A DNA stretch of 64,000 nucleotides from Giesbergeria sp. (GTDB taxonomy: Bacteria > Pseudomonadota > Gammaproteobacteria > Burkholderiales > Burkholderiaceae_C). Under the pieces are notes generated by a model. It had not been told where the DNA came from. It ran no database searches and saw only the letters and a program-made list of their open reading frames with translations. The DNA is taken from NCBI GenBank assembly GCA_026647025.1, contig JAPKHH010000004.1:12743-76742 (forward strand), written 5' to 3'. Below, piece by piece: positions 1-10,360 of this stretch (position 1 is the first letter of the stretch; the number at the start of each line of letters is the position of its first letter). The position numbers were made by a program, and so were the translations under genes.

Positions 1-885
1 GGTGCCGGGAAAGCCCGCCACGCCGCCGGTGTTCTTCACATGCAACTGCAGCGCAACGGCATCCATGCCGCCTTCACAGACGATGGTGCCGGTGTGGTCC
101 TGCACCGCGACCAGGCGGGCGCCCACGTCGCAAAACAGCTTGGCCGCTGTGCCGCCCACATTGCCGAAACCCTGCACCGCAATGCGCGCGCCTTCGATCT
201 TCAGGCCCGTGTGGTGCGCCGCTTCCAGGCCCACAGTGAACACACCCCGGCCCGTGGCTTCGCGCCGGCCGAGCGAACCGCCCAGGTCCACCGGCTTGCC
301 GGTGACCACGCCCGTGGCAGTCTCGCCGGTGTTCATGGCGTAGGTGTCCATCATCCAGGCCATGATTTGCTCGTTGGTGTTGACGTCGGGCGCGGGGATG
401 TCCTTGGTCGGGCCGATGATGAGGCCGATCTCGCTGGTATAGCGCCGTGTCACGCGCTCGAGTTCGCTGCGCGAGAGCGTTTTGGGGTCCACGCGGATGC
501 CCCCCTTGGCGCCGCCGTAGGGCACGTTGACGGCGGCCGTCTTGACCGACATCCAGGCCGACAGCGCCATCACTTCGGACAGCGTCACATCCTGGTGAAA
601 GCGCACACCGCCCTTGCCCGGTCCGCGCGAAAGGTTGTGCTGCACCCGGTAGCCTTCAAAGTGGGCGATGGTGCCGTTGTCCAGTTCAATGGGCACGTCC
701 ACAATCAGAATGCGTTTGGGGCGCTTGAGCGTTTCGACCCAATGCGAGAGATGCCCCAGGTAGGGTGTGACGCGGTCCACCTGCTTGAGGTAGTTGCCCC
801 AGGGGCCGAGGTGGTCGGCCTGCAGATACGAGGGCAGGGCGTGCGTGGAAACGGGGGTGCCGGGCGTTCCGGTGGGATGCTGCAT
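1..885 (-). CDS. gdhA: Glu/Leu/Phe/Val dehydrogenase (glutamate dehydrogenase), 5' part; runs off the left edge
   Basis: Own translation from the ATG at 885: ...[20 protein letters not shown]...[13 protein letters not shown]...DIPAPDVNT...[22 protein letters not shown]. Not in the ORF track because it has no stop in the window. Confidence 0.93.
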   Translation of the reverse strand, partial: MQHPTGTPGTPVSTHALPSYLQADHLGPWGNYLKQVDRVTPYLGHLSHWVETLKRPKRILIVDVPIELDNGTIAHFEGYRVQHNLSRGPGKGGVRFHQDVTLSEVMALSAWMSVKTAAVNVPYGGAKGGIRVDPKTLSRSELERVTRRYTSEIGLIIGPTKDIPAPDVNTNEQIMAWMMDTYAMNTGETATGVVTGKPVDLGGSLGRREATGRGVFTVGLEAAHHTGLKIEGARIAVQGFGNVGGTAAKLFCDVGARLVAVQDHTGTIVCEGGMDAVALQLHVKNTGGVAGFPGT

Positions 886-1041
886 GGCGAAAGTTCCTTG
901 TGGGAGATCGAATCAAGCCGCGAAGCATAGAACTGCGGCTGCAGGCTGTCCAAGGCCGGAGTGTTACGAAACTATGCGGCGCACGCATAACGGCTCCAAA
1001 TCCACACCGCTCCATGCACACGCCCGGTGGCGATGCCTGCG

Positions 1042-1926
1042 TTATTCGACTGTGAAATGGGCCAGTTCCGGGTCCCCGGTCGGGTAGCGCAGATCCAGGT
1101 TCTGCAGCACCTCGCGCAGCAGGGTGGCGATCATCAGGTTGCGGTGCGTCTTGGAGTTGGCCGGAACAATGGTCCACGGTGCCCAGGGCGTGTGCGTGGC
1201 GCCCAGCAGCGTGTCGTAGGCCTGGCGGTAGTCGCTCCACTGCTTGCGCACCGCAATGTCGCCCATGCTGAACTTCCAGTGCTTGGCCGGGTCGTCCAGG
1301 CGTTCCTGCAGGCGCTCGCGCTGCTCGTCCAGGCCAATGTGCAACAGAAACTTGAGCACGATGGTGCCGGTCTCGCTCAGCATGCGCTCGAAGTCGTTGA
1401 TATGGGCCAGGCGCTGCTGGTGCTGCGCGGGCGTGATCCAGCCGTTGACCACGGGCACCAGCACATCCTCGTAGTGGCTGCGGTTGAACACGGTGATGTC
1501 GCCCGCCTGGGGCACCTGTTGGTGGATGCGCCAGAGGTAGTCGTGGTCGCGTTCGGTTTCGGTGGGCGCCTTCCAGCCCACGGCGTGCACGCCTAAAGCG
1601 CTCATCCGGCCAAACACGCCGCGGATGGTGCCGTCCTTGCCCGACGTGTCGGTGCCCTGCAGCACCACCAGCAGCTTGTAGCGGCGGTCGGCGTAGAAGA
1701 GGTTCTGCAGCGCGTCGAGTTCCACGGCCAGCGCTTCGACCGCGTCCTTGTCGTCGGACTTGTCGCCGATGGAAAAGGGCTTGTCGCCGGGGTCGAGGTC
1801 CTCGAGGGTAAAGGGCTTGCCCTTGCCGGACTGCCCCGGCGCGCGTACAGGCCCGGGTTGCCAGCCCGCCCAGCGCTGTGCAAGCGCCTTGTCGCGGGCC
1901 ACGAAAGGGGGTGCGGTGTCTGGCAT
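1042..1926 (-). CDS. ppk2: Polyphosphate kinase 2 family protein (polyP:nucleotide phosphotransferase)
   Basis: LVVLQGTDTSGKDGTI (Walker A), FNRSHYEDVLV, WKFSMGD. Start placed at MPDTAPP. Confidence 0.9.
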   Translation of the reverse strand: MPDTAPPFVARDKALAQRWAGWQPGPVRAPGQSGKGKPFTLEDLDPGDKPFSIGDKSDDKDAVEALAVELDALQNLFYADRRYKLLVVLQGTDTSGKDGTIRGVFGRMSALGVHAVGWKAPTETERDHDYLWRIHQQVPQAGDITVFNRSHYEDVLVPVVNGWITPAQHQQRLAHINDFERMLSETGTIVLKFLLHIGLDEQRERLQERLDDPAKHWKFSMGDIAVRKQWSDYRQAYDTLLGATHTPWAPWTIVPANSKTHRNLMIATLLREVLQNLDLRYPTGDPELAHFTVE

Positions 1927-2109
1927 GAAAGGCTCCTGGTGTGTGGAAAACAGGGTCCGGCCCGGCGGGTCCCGGCGTCTGGCCCGTAGCATGCCGGAAA
2001 GCGCCTGTGCCTGCCACCGTGCGCACGCCTGCGGGCGTGACTGCCAGGCGCGCCTGCCGCCTGGTGTGGTGTTGCTACCGGTGTGAAGTCGCTGTCGCCA
2101 CTATTTTTT

Positions 2110-2163
2110 GCTATTGAAAATATAGCTGTCAGCGCTTGATGGATAAGCGTCAGAGGCCAATTT
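2110..2163 (+). repeat. Dispersed bipartite palindromic repeat, copy 1
   Basis: GCTAT-N7-ATAGC, then GCGCTTGATGGATAAGCG hairpin, then GAGGCCAATTT. Confidence 0.85.
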
Positions 2164-2200
2164 CACTCGCCAATTCAAATAGTCCCGGTGCCTGCGGATG

Positions 2201-3133
2201 TCAGGGCGCGTGCGTTGCGCTCTCGCGCATCAGCGCCACAAAGCGTGCGGCGCCCAGGCCCAGCGGCCGCTCCTTGGACCACACCACGTCCACCCAGAGC
2301 GCGGTGCCGTTGCTCAGGTTGTCGAACGGCATCTCCACCAGGCGTCCGGCCTCGATGCGCGGCTCCACCAGGGCGCGCGGCTGCCAGCCCCAGCCCAGCC
2401 CGGCCTCGATCAGGCCCAGGGCGGCCAGGTGGTTGTCGGTGCGCCAGTGGTGGCGGGCAAACACAAAGCGCGGATCGGTCTGCGCCAGGTCGCGGCTGGC
2501 CACCACGATCTGGCGCGTGGTGGTCAGGTGTTCCTCGCGCAGCAGGGCGCAGGCGGGGGGCTCGCCCCGGGCCGAGGCGGTTGCGCGTGCTTCGAGCAGC
2601 ACTGGGTGATCGGGGGCCATGACAGCCACCAGCGTCTCGGTGCCGACTTCCTGGAAACCCTCGCGCCCGTCGATGCTGGGCCGCTCGAACACCAGCGCCA
2701 GTTGCGCGCGGCCCGAGTGCAGCAGTGCCAGCGCATCACCCTGCGGGGCGGTCAACACCTCCACCTGCAGCAGCGGGTATTCCTGGGCCAGCGTGGCCAG
2801 CGGCCCCGTCCAGCGGGCGGCCAGCAGTTCGGGGGCAATGGCCAGCGTGAGGCGCTCTTCCAGCCCCTGGGTGAGTGCCAGGGCCTGCGCATTGAGCTGC
2901 TGCAACTGGCCCGCCAGCAGGCGGGCCTGGGGTTCGAGGGCGCGCGCCGCTGCGGTGGGGCGGGGTTCGCGGCCGCTGCGGTCAAACAGTGCCATGTCCA
3001 GTTCGGCTTCCAGATGGCCCATGGCCATGCTCACGGCCGAGGGCACCCGGCCCAGTGCCCGCGCTGCGGCAGAGAAGGAGCCTTGGTCGAGCACGGCCAG
3101 AAAGAGCTGCACGCTGTCGGAGGAGAAGGCCAT
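2201..3133 (-). CDS. LysR-type transcriptional regulator, divergent from the PACE transporter (AceR-like arrangement)
   Basis: N-terminal HTH SFSAAARALGRVPSAVSMAMGHLE, followed by a LysR substrate-binding domain. Confidence 0.92.
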   Translation of the reverse strand: MAFSSDSVQLFLAVLDQGSFSAAARALGRVPSAVSMAMGHLEAELDMALFDRSGREPRPTAAARALEPQARLLAGQLQQLNAQALALTQGLEERLTLAIAPELLAARWTGPLATLAQEYPLLQVEVLTAPQGDALALLHSGRAQLALVFERPSIDGREGFQEVGTETLVAVMAPDHPVLLEARATASARGEPPACALLREEHLTTTRQIVVASRDLAQTDPRFVFARHHWRTDNHLAALGLIEAGLGWGWQPRALVEPRIEAGRLVEMPFDNLSNGTALWVDVVWSKERPLGLGAARFVALMRESATHAP

Positions 3134-3195
3134 CTATCAATAAATCTGAAATAAGCTGACTTTAATTATCAACCAGGAGCCGCTAAATTGGCGCC

Positions 3196-3660
3196 ATGGA
3201 AGCCCCGCCCCTCATCCCCGGCCTGCACGGCGTGCGCCGCCGCGTCGTCTACGTCAGCATTTACGAATTGATTGCGATTGCCGTTGCCACCCTCGGGCTG
3301 GCACAGTTCTCCAGCCACGGTGTGGCGCATGCCGGGGTGATGGCCGTGGTGTCGTCGGGCATCGCCGTGGCCTGGAATTTCATTTTCAACACCTTTTTCG
3401 AGCGCTGGGAGGCCCGCCAGGTCGTGCGCGGGCGCAGCCTGCGCCGCCGTGTGGCCCATGCGGTGGGGTTTGAGGGCGGGCTGGTGTTCACGCTGGTGCC
3501 GCTGTTTGCCTGGTGGTTCGAGATCACCCTGTGGCAGGCGCTGGTGATGGACCTGGGGCTGGTGGTGTTTTTCCTGTGCTACACCTTTGTCTTCAACTGG
3601 GGTTTCGACCGGGTTTTTGGCCTGCCCGCTTCGGCTTGTGCGGCCGAGCCCGCAGCCTGA
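3196..3660 (+). CDS. PACE-family (AceI-like) efflux transporter
   Basis: Two repeated halves: RRVVYVSIYE...WNFIFN and RRVAHAVGFEGG...FNWGFD; 4 TM. Confidence 0.88.
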   Translation: MEAPPLIPGLHGVRRRVVYVSIYELIAIAVATLGLAQFSSHGVAHAGVMAVVSSGIAVAWNFIFNTFFERWEARQVVRGRSLRRRVAHAVGFEGGLVFTLVPLFAWWFEITLWQALVMDLGLVVFFLCYTFVFNWGFDRVFGLPASACAAEPAA

Positions 3661-3691
3661 GTGCGGGGATCGCCAATCCCGGTAAAATCGG

Positions 3692-3766
3692 CGCCTCCCA
3701 AGGAGCGTTGCAGCGGCCCACGCCGCCAGGCTTGGGCCCTAGACCACCCGCAACGACGCTCACCTG
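3692..3766 (+). ncRNA. SAH riboswitch upstream of metH
   Basis: CCAAG-GAGCGTTGC-AGCGGC...GCCGCCAGG-CTTGG...CAACGACGCTCA matches the SAH riboswitch core (P1 CCAAG/CTTGG, GAGCGYUGC, CCAGGCU, AACGRCGCUCA). It lies directly 5' of metH. Confidence 0.88.
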
Positions 3767-3796
3767 CTTGCGGGTTTGTTTGCACAGGTGAGGCGC

Positions 3797-6532
3797 ATGT
3801 CTGAAATCTCTCTTCCCCCCATGAGGCTGTCGGGCCTGGAGCCCGTCACCATCGGCAACGATGCGTTGTTCGTCAACGTCGGCGAGCGCACCAACGTCAC
3901 CGGCTCCAAGGCGTTTGCGCGCCTCATCCTGAACGGCCAGTTCGAGCAAGCCCTGGCCGTGGCGCGCCAGCAGGTGGAAAACGGCGCCCAGGTCATTGAC
4001 ATCAACATGGACGAGGCCATGCTCGACAGCAAGGCGGCCATGGTGCGTTTCCTGAACCTGATTGCCTCGGAGCCGGACATCGCGCGTCTGCCCATCATGG
4101 TGGACAGTTCCAAATGGGACGTCATCGAGGCCGGGCTGCGCTGCATCCAGGGCAAGCCCATCGTCAATTCGATTTCGATGAAAGAGGGTGTGCAAGCCTT
4201 CAAGCAACAGGCCAAACTGGTGCGCCGCTATGGCGCCGCCGCTGTGGTGATGGCCTTTGACGAGCAAGGCCAGGCCGACACCTACGAACGCAAGATCCAG
4301 ATTTGCGAACGCGCCTACCGCATCCTGGTCGACGAAGTGGGTTTCCCGCCCGAAGACATCATCTTTGACCCCAACATCTTTGCTGTGGCCACGGGCATCG
4401 AGGAGCACGCCAACTACGCGGTCGAGTTCATCGAGGCAACGCGCTGGATCAAGCAGAACCTGCCGGGCGCCAAGGTGTCGGGCGGCGTCTCCAACGTCTC
4501 CTTCAGCTTCCGTGGCAATGACCCGGTGCGCGAGGCCATCCACACGGTTTTCCTGTACCACGCCATCCAAGCCGGCATGGACATGGGCATCGTCAACGCC
4601 GGCATGGTGGGCGTGTACGACGACCTGGAGCCCGCGCTGCGCGAACGTGTGGAGGATGTCATCCTCAACCGCCGCCCCGACGCGGCCGAGCGCTTGCTCG
4701 AAGTGGCCGAGACTGCAAAAAGCGGTGCCAGGGACGAGAGCAAGAAACTCGAATGGCGCGGCACGCCCGAGGCCCCCAAGTCCGTGGGCGAGCGCCTGTC
4801 GCACGCGCTGGTGCATGGCATCACCGACTTCATTACCCAGGACACCGAGGAGGCCTACCGGGAGATTCTGGCCCGGGGCGGGCGCCCGCTGCACGTCATC
4901 GAAGGTCCGCTGATGGACGGCATGGGCATCGTCGGCGATCTGTTTGGCGCCGGCAAGATGTTCCTGCCCCAGGTGGTGAAGTCTGCGCGCGTGATGAAGC
5001 TGGCCGTGGCGCACCTGATCCCCTATATCGAGGAGGAAAAGCGCCAGGACGAGCTGGCCGGGCGCGACGTCGCTACCCGCGGAAAGATCGTCATTGCCAC
5101 CGTCAAGGGCGATGTGCACGACATTGGCAAGAACATCGTCACCGTGGTCCTGCAGTGCAATAACTTCGAGGTCATCAACATGGGGGTGATGGTGCCCTGC
5201 CACGAGATCCTGGCGCGCGCCAAGGCCGAAGGGGCGGACATCGTGGGCCTCTCGGGCCTGATCACGCCCAGCCTGGAGGAGATGCAGTACGTGGCGGCCG
5301 AGATGCACAAGGACGACCACTTCCGCATCAAGAAAATCCCGCTCTTGATCGGCGGCGCCACCTGCAGCCGCGTGCACACCGCCGTGAAGATTGCGCCGCA
5401 CTATGACGGCCCGGTGGTCTACGTGCCCGATGCGTCGCGCAGCGTGGGTGTGGCGCAAAGCCTGCTGGGCGAGGGCGCCGAGGCCTTCCTGGCGGAGGTC
5501 AGTGCCGACTACGACAAGGTGCGTACGCAGCACGCCAACAAAAAGCAGACGCCGATGTGGACGCTGGCGCAGGCGCGTGCCAACCGCACCGCCATCGATT
5601 GGATGGCCTTTCAGCCCACGCCACCGCGCGCGCTGGGCCGCCGCGTTTTCAGGAATTTTGATCTGAACGAGCTGGTGCCCTTCATGGATTGGGGTCCGTT
5701 TTTCCAGACCTGGGATCTGGCAGGCAGCTACCCCGCCATCCTGCAGGACGAGGTTGTGGGGGCCGAGGCAACGCGCGTGTTCGCCGACGGCCAGGCCATG
5801 CTGAAGAAAATCATCGAAGGCCGCTGGCTGCAGGCCAGTGGCGTGATGGCGCTGTACCCCGCCAACAGCGTGGGCGACGATATCGAGTTCTACACCGACG
5901 AGAGCCGCAGCGAAGTGCTCACCACCTGGTACGGCCTGCGCCAGCAGACCGAAAAGCATGCGGTCGATGGCGTCATGCGTCCCAGCCGCTGCCTGGCCGA
6001 TTTCGTCGCCCCCAAGGACAGCGGCATCGCCGACTACGCCGGTCTGTTTGCGGTGACGGCGGGTCTGGGTGTCGAGAAGAAGGAAAAAGCCTTTCTGGAA
6101 GACCTGGACGACTATTCCGCCATCCTGTTCAAAAGCCTGGCCGACCGCCTGGCCGAGGCCTTTGCCGAGTGCCTGCACCAGCGGGTGCGTACCGACCTCT
6201 GGGGTTACGCGAAGGACGAAGCCTTGTCCAATGAGGCGCTGATCGCCGAAAAGTACCAGGGCATCCGTCCCGCGCCTGGCTACCCGGCCTGCCCGGACCA
6301 CAGCGCCAAGCGCGAGCTGTTCCGTGTGCTGCAGTGTGGGGAGATCGGCATGGAACTGACCGACAGTCTGGCCATGGCACCGGCCGCCAGTGTCAGCGGG
6401 TTCTACCTGGGCCACCCGGACAGTACCTATTTCAGCGTCGGCAGGATCGGGGAAGACCAGCTCAAGGACATGGCGCAGCGCCGCGGCATGGACGAGGCCG
6501 CATTGCGCCGCCTGCTGGCCCCCTGCCTGTAG
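3797..6532 (+). CDS. metH: Cobalamin-dependent methionine synthase, pterin/cap/B12/activation part (no Hcy-binding domain)
   Basis: [23 protein letters not shown] (B12 His), [22 protein letters not shown]. Start placed at MSEISL behind the SD-like AGGTGAGG. Confidence 0.95.
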   Translation: MSEISLPPMRLSGLEPVTIGNDALFVNVGERTNVTGSKAFARLILNGQFEQALAVARQQVENGAQVIDINMDEAMLDSKAAMVRFLNLIASEPDIARLPIMVDSSKWDVIEAGLRCIQGKPIVNSISMKEGVQAFKQQAKLVRRYGAAAVVMAFDEQGQADTYERKIQICERAYRILVDEVGFPPEDIIFDPNIFAVATGIEEHANYAVEFIEATRWIKQNLPGAKVSGGVSNVSFSFRGNDPVREAIHTVFLYHAIQAGMDMGIVNAGMVGVYDDLEPALRERVEDVILNRRPDAAERLLEVAETAKSGARDESKKLEWRGTPEAPKSVGERLSHALVHGITDFITQDTEEAYREILARGGRPLHVIEGPLMDGMGIVGDLFGAGKMFLPQVVKSARVMKLAVAHLIPYIEEEKRQDELAGRDVATRGKIVIATVKGDVHDIGKNIVTVVLQCNNFEVINMGVMVPCHEILARAKAEGADIVGLSGLITPSLEEMQYVAAEMHKDDHFRIKKIPLLIGGATCSRVHTAVKIAPHYDGPVVYVPDASRSVGVAQSLLGEGAEAFLAEVSADYDKVRTQHANKKQTPMWTLAQARANRTAIDWMAFQPTPPRALGRRVFRNFDLNELVPFMDWGPFFQTWDLAGSYPAILQDEVVGAEATRVFADGQAMLKKIIEGRWLQASGVMALYPANSVGDDIEFYTDESRSEVLTTWYGLRQQTEKHAVDGVMRPSRCLADFVAPKDSGIADYAGLFAVTAGLGVEKKEKAFLEDLDDYSAILFKSLADRLAEAFAECLHQRVRTDLWGYAKDEALSNEALIAEKYQGIRPAPGYPACPDHSAKRELFRVLQCGEIGMELTDSLAMAPAASVSGFYLGHPDSTYFSVGRIGEDQLKDMAQRRGMDEAALRRLLAPCL

Positions 6533-6643
6533 GCAGATCAAACCCTTGCGGGATGGCGTTGCACATCGTCCCGGAGGATGGTGGTTTGGTATTGACGGGG
6601 TGCGCCGCGGGCGCCAGACTGGCGCGTCCTTTCGGATGCCCGC

Positions 6644-8719
6644 ATGACAGACACCTCTGACCAACCCCTTGACGCGCAGCAGCTCTTGCAGCTGCTGTGC
6701 ACCGCGGCGTCGCTGCCGGAGGAGGACTTGCACGCCGGGGTCGTGCGCGCACTGGGCACCCTGCACGGTGTGCTGGAGGCCCGTTTCACGGCGGGCTTGC
6801 CCGGGGGTGAAGACATGCAGGATGCGCGGTGGCTGTGCCTGCCGCTCGGGTCCGGAAGCGCAGATGGCGCCCTGTGCCTGCGCGCCCAGAGTGCGGCGCT
6901 GTGGGAAACCCATGGCACGGCGTTGCGGCACTTCGCCACGGCGCTGGCGCACTTGCTGGACGCGCGCCGCCTGCGCACATGTGCCCAGCAGGCGCAGGCC
7001 CAGGCGCAAGCCCTGCAGCGCAGCGAGAAACGGTTTCGCGACCTGTTCGACAACTCGCCCGATCCCTGCTGGCTGATCGAGAACGGCGTCTTCATCGACT
7101 GCAACCGTGCGGCGATCCATATGCTGGGCTACACGCGGCGTGAAGACATCCTGCAGCATCCTTCGCGGCTCTCTCCCGAGAAGCAGCCCGACGGCAGGCT
7201 GTCCTTTGAGAAGGCCGAAGAGCTGATGCAACGCGCCCTGCAGGAGGGCATGGTGCGTTTCGAGTGGGAGCATTGCCGGGCCGATGGAACCTTTCTCTCC
7301 GTCGAGGTCACGCTCGCGCGGCTGGAATTGCAGGGCCATGCCGTGCTGTACTGTGTGTGGCGCGATGTCACCGACCGCAAGCGAGCGCAGGAAGAGGCCT
7401 ACCATCTGGCATTCTTTGATCCGTTGACGGGCCTGCCCAACCGCCGTCTGCTGCTCGACCGTCTGCAGCAGGGCATGGCCGCCAGCTCGCGCAGCGGCAA
7501 GCACCGGGCTGTGCTGTACCTCGACCTGGACCATTTCAAGAACCTTAACGACACGCGCGGCCACGCGATGGGTGACCGCCTGCTGGTCGAAGTGGCGGCC
7601 CGGTTGCGTGCCTGCGTGCGCGAGGGTGACACCGTGGCACGCCAGGGCGGTGACGAGTTCGTGCTGCTCATCCAGCAGCTGGGCGAGGACCTGGAGACTG
7701 CGGTATCCCAGGCGGGGGGCGTGGCAGAAAAAATCGTTACCCGCCTGTCCGAGCCCTGCAACCTGGGGGGCGCGGTCTATCAGGGCACGACCAGTGTGGG
7801 CATCGCCCTGTTTGTCGGCCAGGCGGTTCCGGCCGACGAATTGCTGCAGCGTGCCGACCAGGCCATGTACCAGGCCAAGGCTGCGGGGCGCAACGCCGTG
7901 CGGTTTTTCGAGCCCGCCCTCCAGGAACGGATCAATGCCCGCGCCGCGATGGAGAGCGAGCTGCGCCGCGCCGTGGAGCGCAATGAACTGGTGCTGCACT
8001 ACCAGCCGCAGGTGGACCCCCTGGGCCGCTGTACCGGCGTGGAAGCCCTGGTGCGCTGGAACAGCCCCCTGCGGGGCCTGGTGTCTCCCCTTGATTTCAT
8101 CGGGCTGGCCGAGGAAACCGGGCTGATTCTGCCCATCGGGCACTGGGTATTGGCCGAGGCCTGCCGCACGTTGAAAGCCTGGCGGTTCGACCCGCTGACC
8201 GCCCATCTGGGCATCGCCGTGAACGTAAGCGCACGCCAGTTGCGCGAGGGTGATTTTGTCCAGCAGGTTCGGGCCTTGCTGTACGGCCATGGCATCCGGC
8301 CGGGGCAGCTCAAGCTGGAGATCACGGAAAGCATGCTGGTGGACGATATCGAACAGACCATCGCCACCATGCGTGCGCTCAAGGACCTGGGGGTCCGCTT
8401 TGCGCTTGATGATTTCGGCACGGGCTATTCGTCCCTGTACTACGTCAAGCGCCTGCCGCTCGACCAGATCAAGATCGACCAGTCCTTTGTGCGCGACATT
8501 CTGGTGGACCCGAACGACGCGGCGATCTGCCGCGCCGTGGTGGCCCTGGGCCACAGCCTGGGCCTGGTCACCATGGCCGAAGGGGTGGAAACGCCCGCGC
8601 AATGGGCCTTTCTGGCCAATGAGCGTTGTGACGGGGCGCAGGGCTATCTCTATGCACGACCCATGCCCGTTGCCGAACTGCTGGTGTGGCTGCGCCAGCG
8701 CAGTGCGGTGGTTTCCTAG
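6644..8719 (+). CDS. PAS-GGDEF-EAL diguanylate cyclase/phosphodiesterase
   Basis: PAS (FRDLFDNSPD...FEWEHCRADG), REGD-x5-GGDEF (I-site present), EAL, LDDFGTGYSSL. Confidence 0.93.
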   Translation: MTDTSDQPLDAQQLLQLLCTAASLPEEDLHAGVVRALGTLHGVLEARFTAGLPGGEDMQDARWLCLPLGSGSADGALCLRAQSAALWETHGTALRHFATALAHLLDARRLRTCAQQAQAQAQALQRSEKRFRDLFDNSPDPCWLIENGVFIDCNRAAIHMLGYTRREDILQHPSRLSPEKQPDGRLSFEKAEELMQRALQEGMVRFEWEHCRADGTFLSVEVTLARLELQGHAVLYCVWRDVTDRKRAQEEAYHLAFFDPLTGLPNRRLLLDRLQQGMAASSRSGKHRAVLYLDLDHFKNLNDTRGHAMGDRLLVEVAARLRACVREGDTVARQGGDEFVLLIQQLGEDLETAVSQAGGVAEKIVTRLSEPCNLGGAVYQGTTSVGIALFVGQAVPADELLQRADQAMYQAKAAGRNAVRFFEPALQERINARAAMESELRRAVERNELVLHYQPQVDPLGRCTGVEALVRWNSPLRGLVSPLDFIGLAEETGLILPIGHWVLAEACRTLKAWRFDPLTAHLGIAVNVSARQLREGDFVQQVRALLYGHGIRPGQLKLEITESMLVDDIEQTIATMRALKDLGVRFALDDFGTGYSSLYYVKRLPLDQIKIDQSFVRDILVDPNDAAICRAVVALGHSLGLVTMAEGVETPAQWAFLANERCDGAQGYLYARPMPVAELLVWLRQRSAVVS

Positions 8720-9273
8720 GAATCCGCGGGCGGGTGTGCGCCGTTGCCCCGGGCGCTGGCGGCCATTTCCAGCTGCATCATCACCATGTTGACCAGGGTG
8801 CTGACCGTGGGCCGCCCGGTCTCGATCACATAGTGCGCGGTTTCGCGGTACAGGCCATCGCGCTGGGCGTAGAGTTCGCGCAGCCGCTCCAGCGGGTTGC
8901 CCACCTGCAGCAGCGGGCGCGTGCGGTCGTGCCGGACGCGGCGGTAAATGTCCTCGGGCGAGGCGCGCAGGTACAGCACGCTGCCAAAGTGGCGCAGTGC
9001 CTGCCGGTTCTCGCTGCGCAGCACGGCCCCCCCGCCTGTGGACAGCACCATGCCGCCGGGCTGTGCGGCGACCTGGGCCAGTACCTGGGCTTCCTGATCG
9101 CGAAAGCGCTCTTCGCCCTCGGTTTCGAAATACTGGCGGATGGAGGTTCCCAGCGTCTGTTCAATGCGGTGGTCGAGGTCCACAAAAGGCAATCCAAGCC
9201 GGTGGGCCAGTTGTCGGCCCACGGTGGTTTTTCCCGAGCCGGGCATGCCGACCAGTGCACAGCGAATCTGCAT
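8716..9273 (-). CDS. aroK: Shikimate kinase
   Basis: GMPGSGKTTVG, FVDLDHRIE, STGGGAVL, TRPLL. Confidence 0.9.
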   Translation of the reverse strand: MQIRCALVGMPGSGKTTVGRQLAHRLGLPFVDLDHRIEQTLGTSIRQYFETEGEERFRDQEAQVLAQVAAQPGGMVLSTGGGAVLRSENRQALRHFGSVLYLRASPEDIYRRVRHDRTRPLLQVGNPLERLRELYAQRDGLYRETAHYVIETGRPTVSTLVNMVMMQLEMAASARGNGAHPPADS

Positions 9274-9400
9274 AGGTTTGGATACGGTAGTGAGACATTG
9301 CGTGCCCGGAGCGGCCCGCTGGAGCCCGAGTTTACGGGGCCGTGCGGTCGCTTCCCCGAAAGGGGTGTGCGGCGCCCGCCGTGCCGTCTTCATGCGCGGG

Positions 9401-10222
9401 TCAGGCGCGGCCCTGCGCCTGTGCCAGCAACAAGGCCACCAGTGTTTCGGCTGCAGTGAGCACGATCTCGCTCAGGGCGGCCACCCGGTCGGCCTCTTTG
9501 CGCATCTGCGCGGGGTTCTGGCTTGCGAACAGAACTTGCTCGTAGGGCGCCCATACGCGCCGCACTTCTGCCGCCTGGGTCTTGACCGGTTCCGAGACAA
9601 AGGGCGAGTTTTCGATCGCGGGCAGTACGGCAGTGAAGTGGGCCCGGCTGAGGTGCAGCTCCATGTGGGCGGGAGCATCGTAGAGCCCCCAGGTGCGGTA
9701 GAAGTAGAACTTGGCCATGCGCTGCGTCAGCATGCGTTGGCGTCCGGCGATACCGATCAGATGGTCGAGTGGCGCACCGACCACGTTTTCGTAGGCCACC
9801 GTGTTGCGGTGCGCCGCCTGCTGCAGGGCCTCGTTGGCGTCGTAAAGCAGGTTGGCCGCTTGCCGGCCGGGGGGCTCGGCCAGCTGTGTCCGGAAGTGGG
9901 CCCACTGGGTTGCAAGGGGGGCCATGGCATTGCGCACCGCAGGGGTGGGCTGGAATCCACGCAGGGTGCCCAGGTGCGACTCGAATTGTTCGATCGATGC
10001 CTGCCACAGGCGGGTGGCCTGTTCAGGGGCAATGGATTGGCCAACCTGCAGATAGGTCTTGACGATGCGCTGGGACAGCATGCGCAACCGGCCCGCCAGG
10101 TCCACGGCCGAGGCCGTGTCCAGCCGGGGAGCCGTGGGGGCCGACTGCGCAAGAAGCGATGCGGGCCACGCAGCAACGCCGGACCCTCCCAGAAGCCACA
10201 CGCAGAATTGGAATCGGTCCAC
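9401..10222 (-). CDS. Exported protein with two PilJ/NarX-like sensor repeats and no output domain
   Basis: N-terminal signal-like segment. Repeats AVDLAGRLRMLSQRIVK and IGIAGRQRMLTQRMAK resemble the NarX P-box. Confidence 0.75.
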   Translation of the reverse strand: MDRFQFCVWLLGGSGVAAWPASLLAQSAPTAPRLDTASAVDLAGRLRMLSQRIVKTYLQVGQSIAPEQATRLWQASIEQFESHLGTLRGFQPTPAVRNAMAPLATQWAHFRTQLAEPPGRQAANLLYDANEALQQAAHRNTVAYENVVGAPLDHLIGIAGRQRMLTQRMAKFYFYRTWGLYDAPAHMELHLSRAHFTAVLPAIENSPFVSEPVKTQAAEVRRVWAPYEQVLFASQNPAQMRKEADRVAALSEIVLTAAETLVALLLAQAQGRA

Positions 10223-10360
10223 GAATGACCTCCTGCAAAGTCACGAAAAAAGGGGGCTGTGCATGCGCCCTTTGATCCCGCCGTGGGCGGATGGACCGGC
10301 CTGTGCCCGTTCCGGATCAAAGTCCGGAATGAGTATAGGGGTTTGCCTGCGCGCTGCGGT

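Noticed and set aside
3593-8602. 1669-aa antisense ORF
   Set aside because: Mirror frame of metH and the GGDEF-EAL gene. Long stop-free antisense frames are expected in high-GC coding DNA, and it has no recognisable motifs.
8716-8719. Convergent stop-codon overlaps (also 20944-20951)
   Set aside because: Short tail-to-tail overlaps are common and carry no specific signal.
10246-10273. Intrinsic terminator after fpr
   Set aside because: Only a 4-bp firm stem before the T-run; too weak to call.
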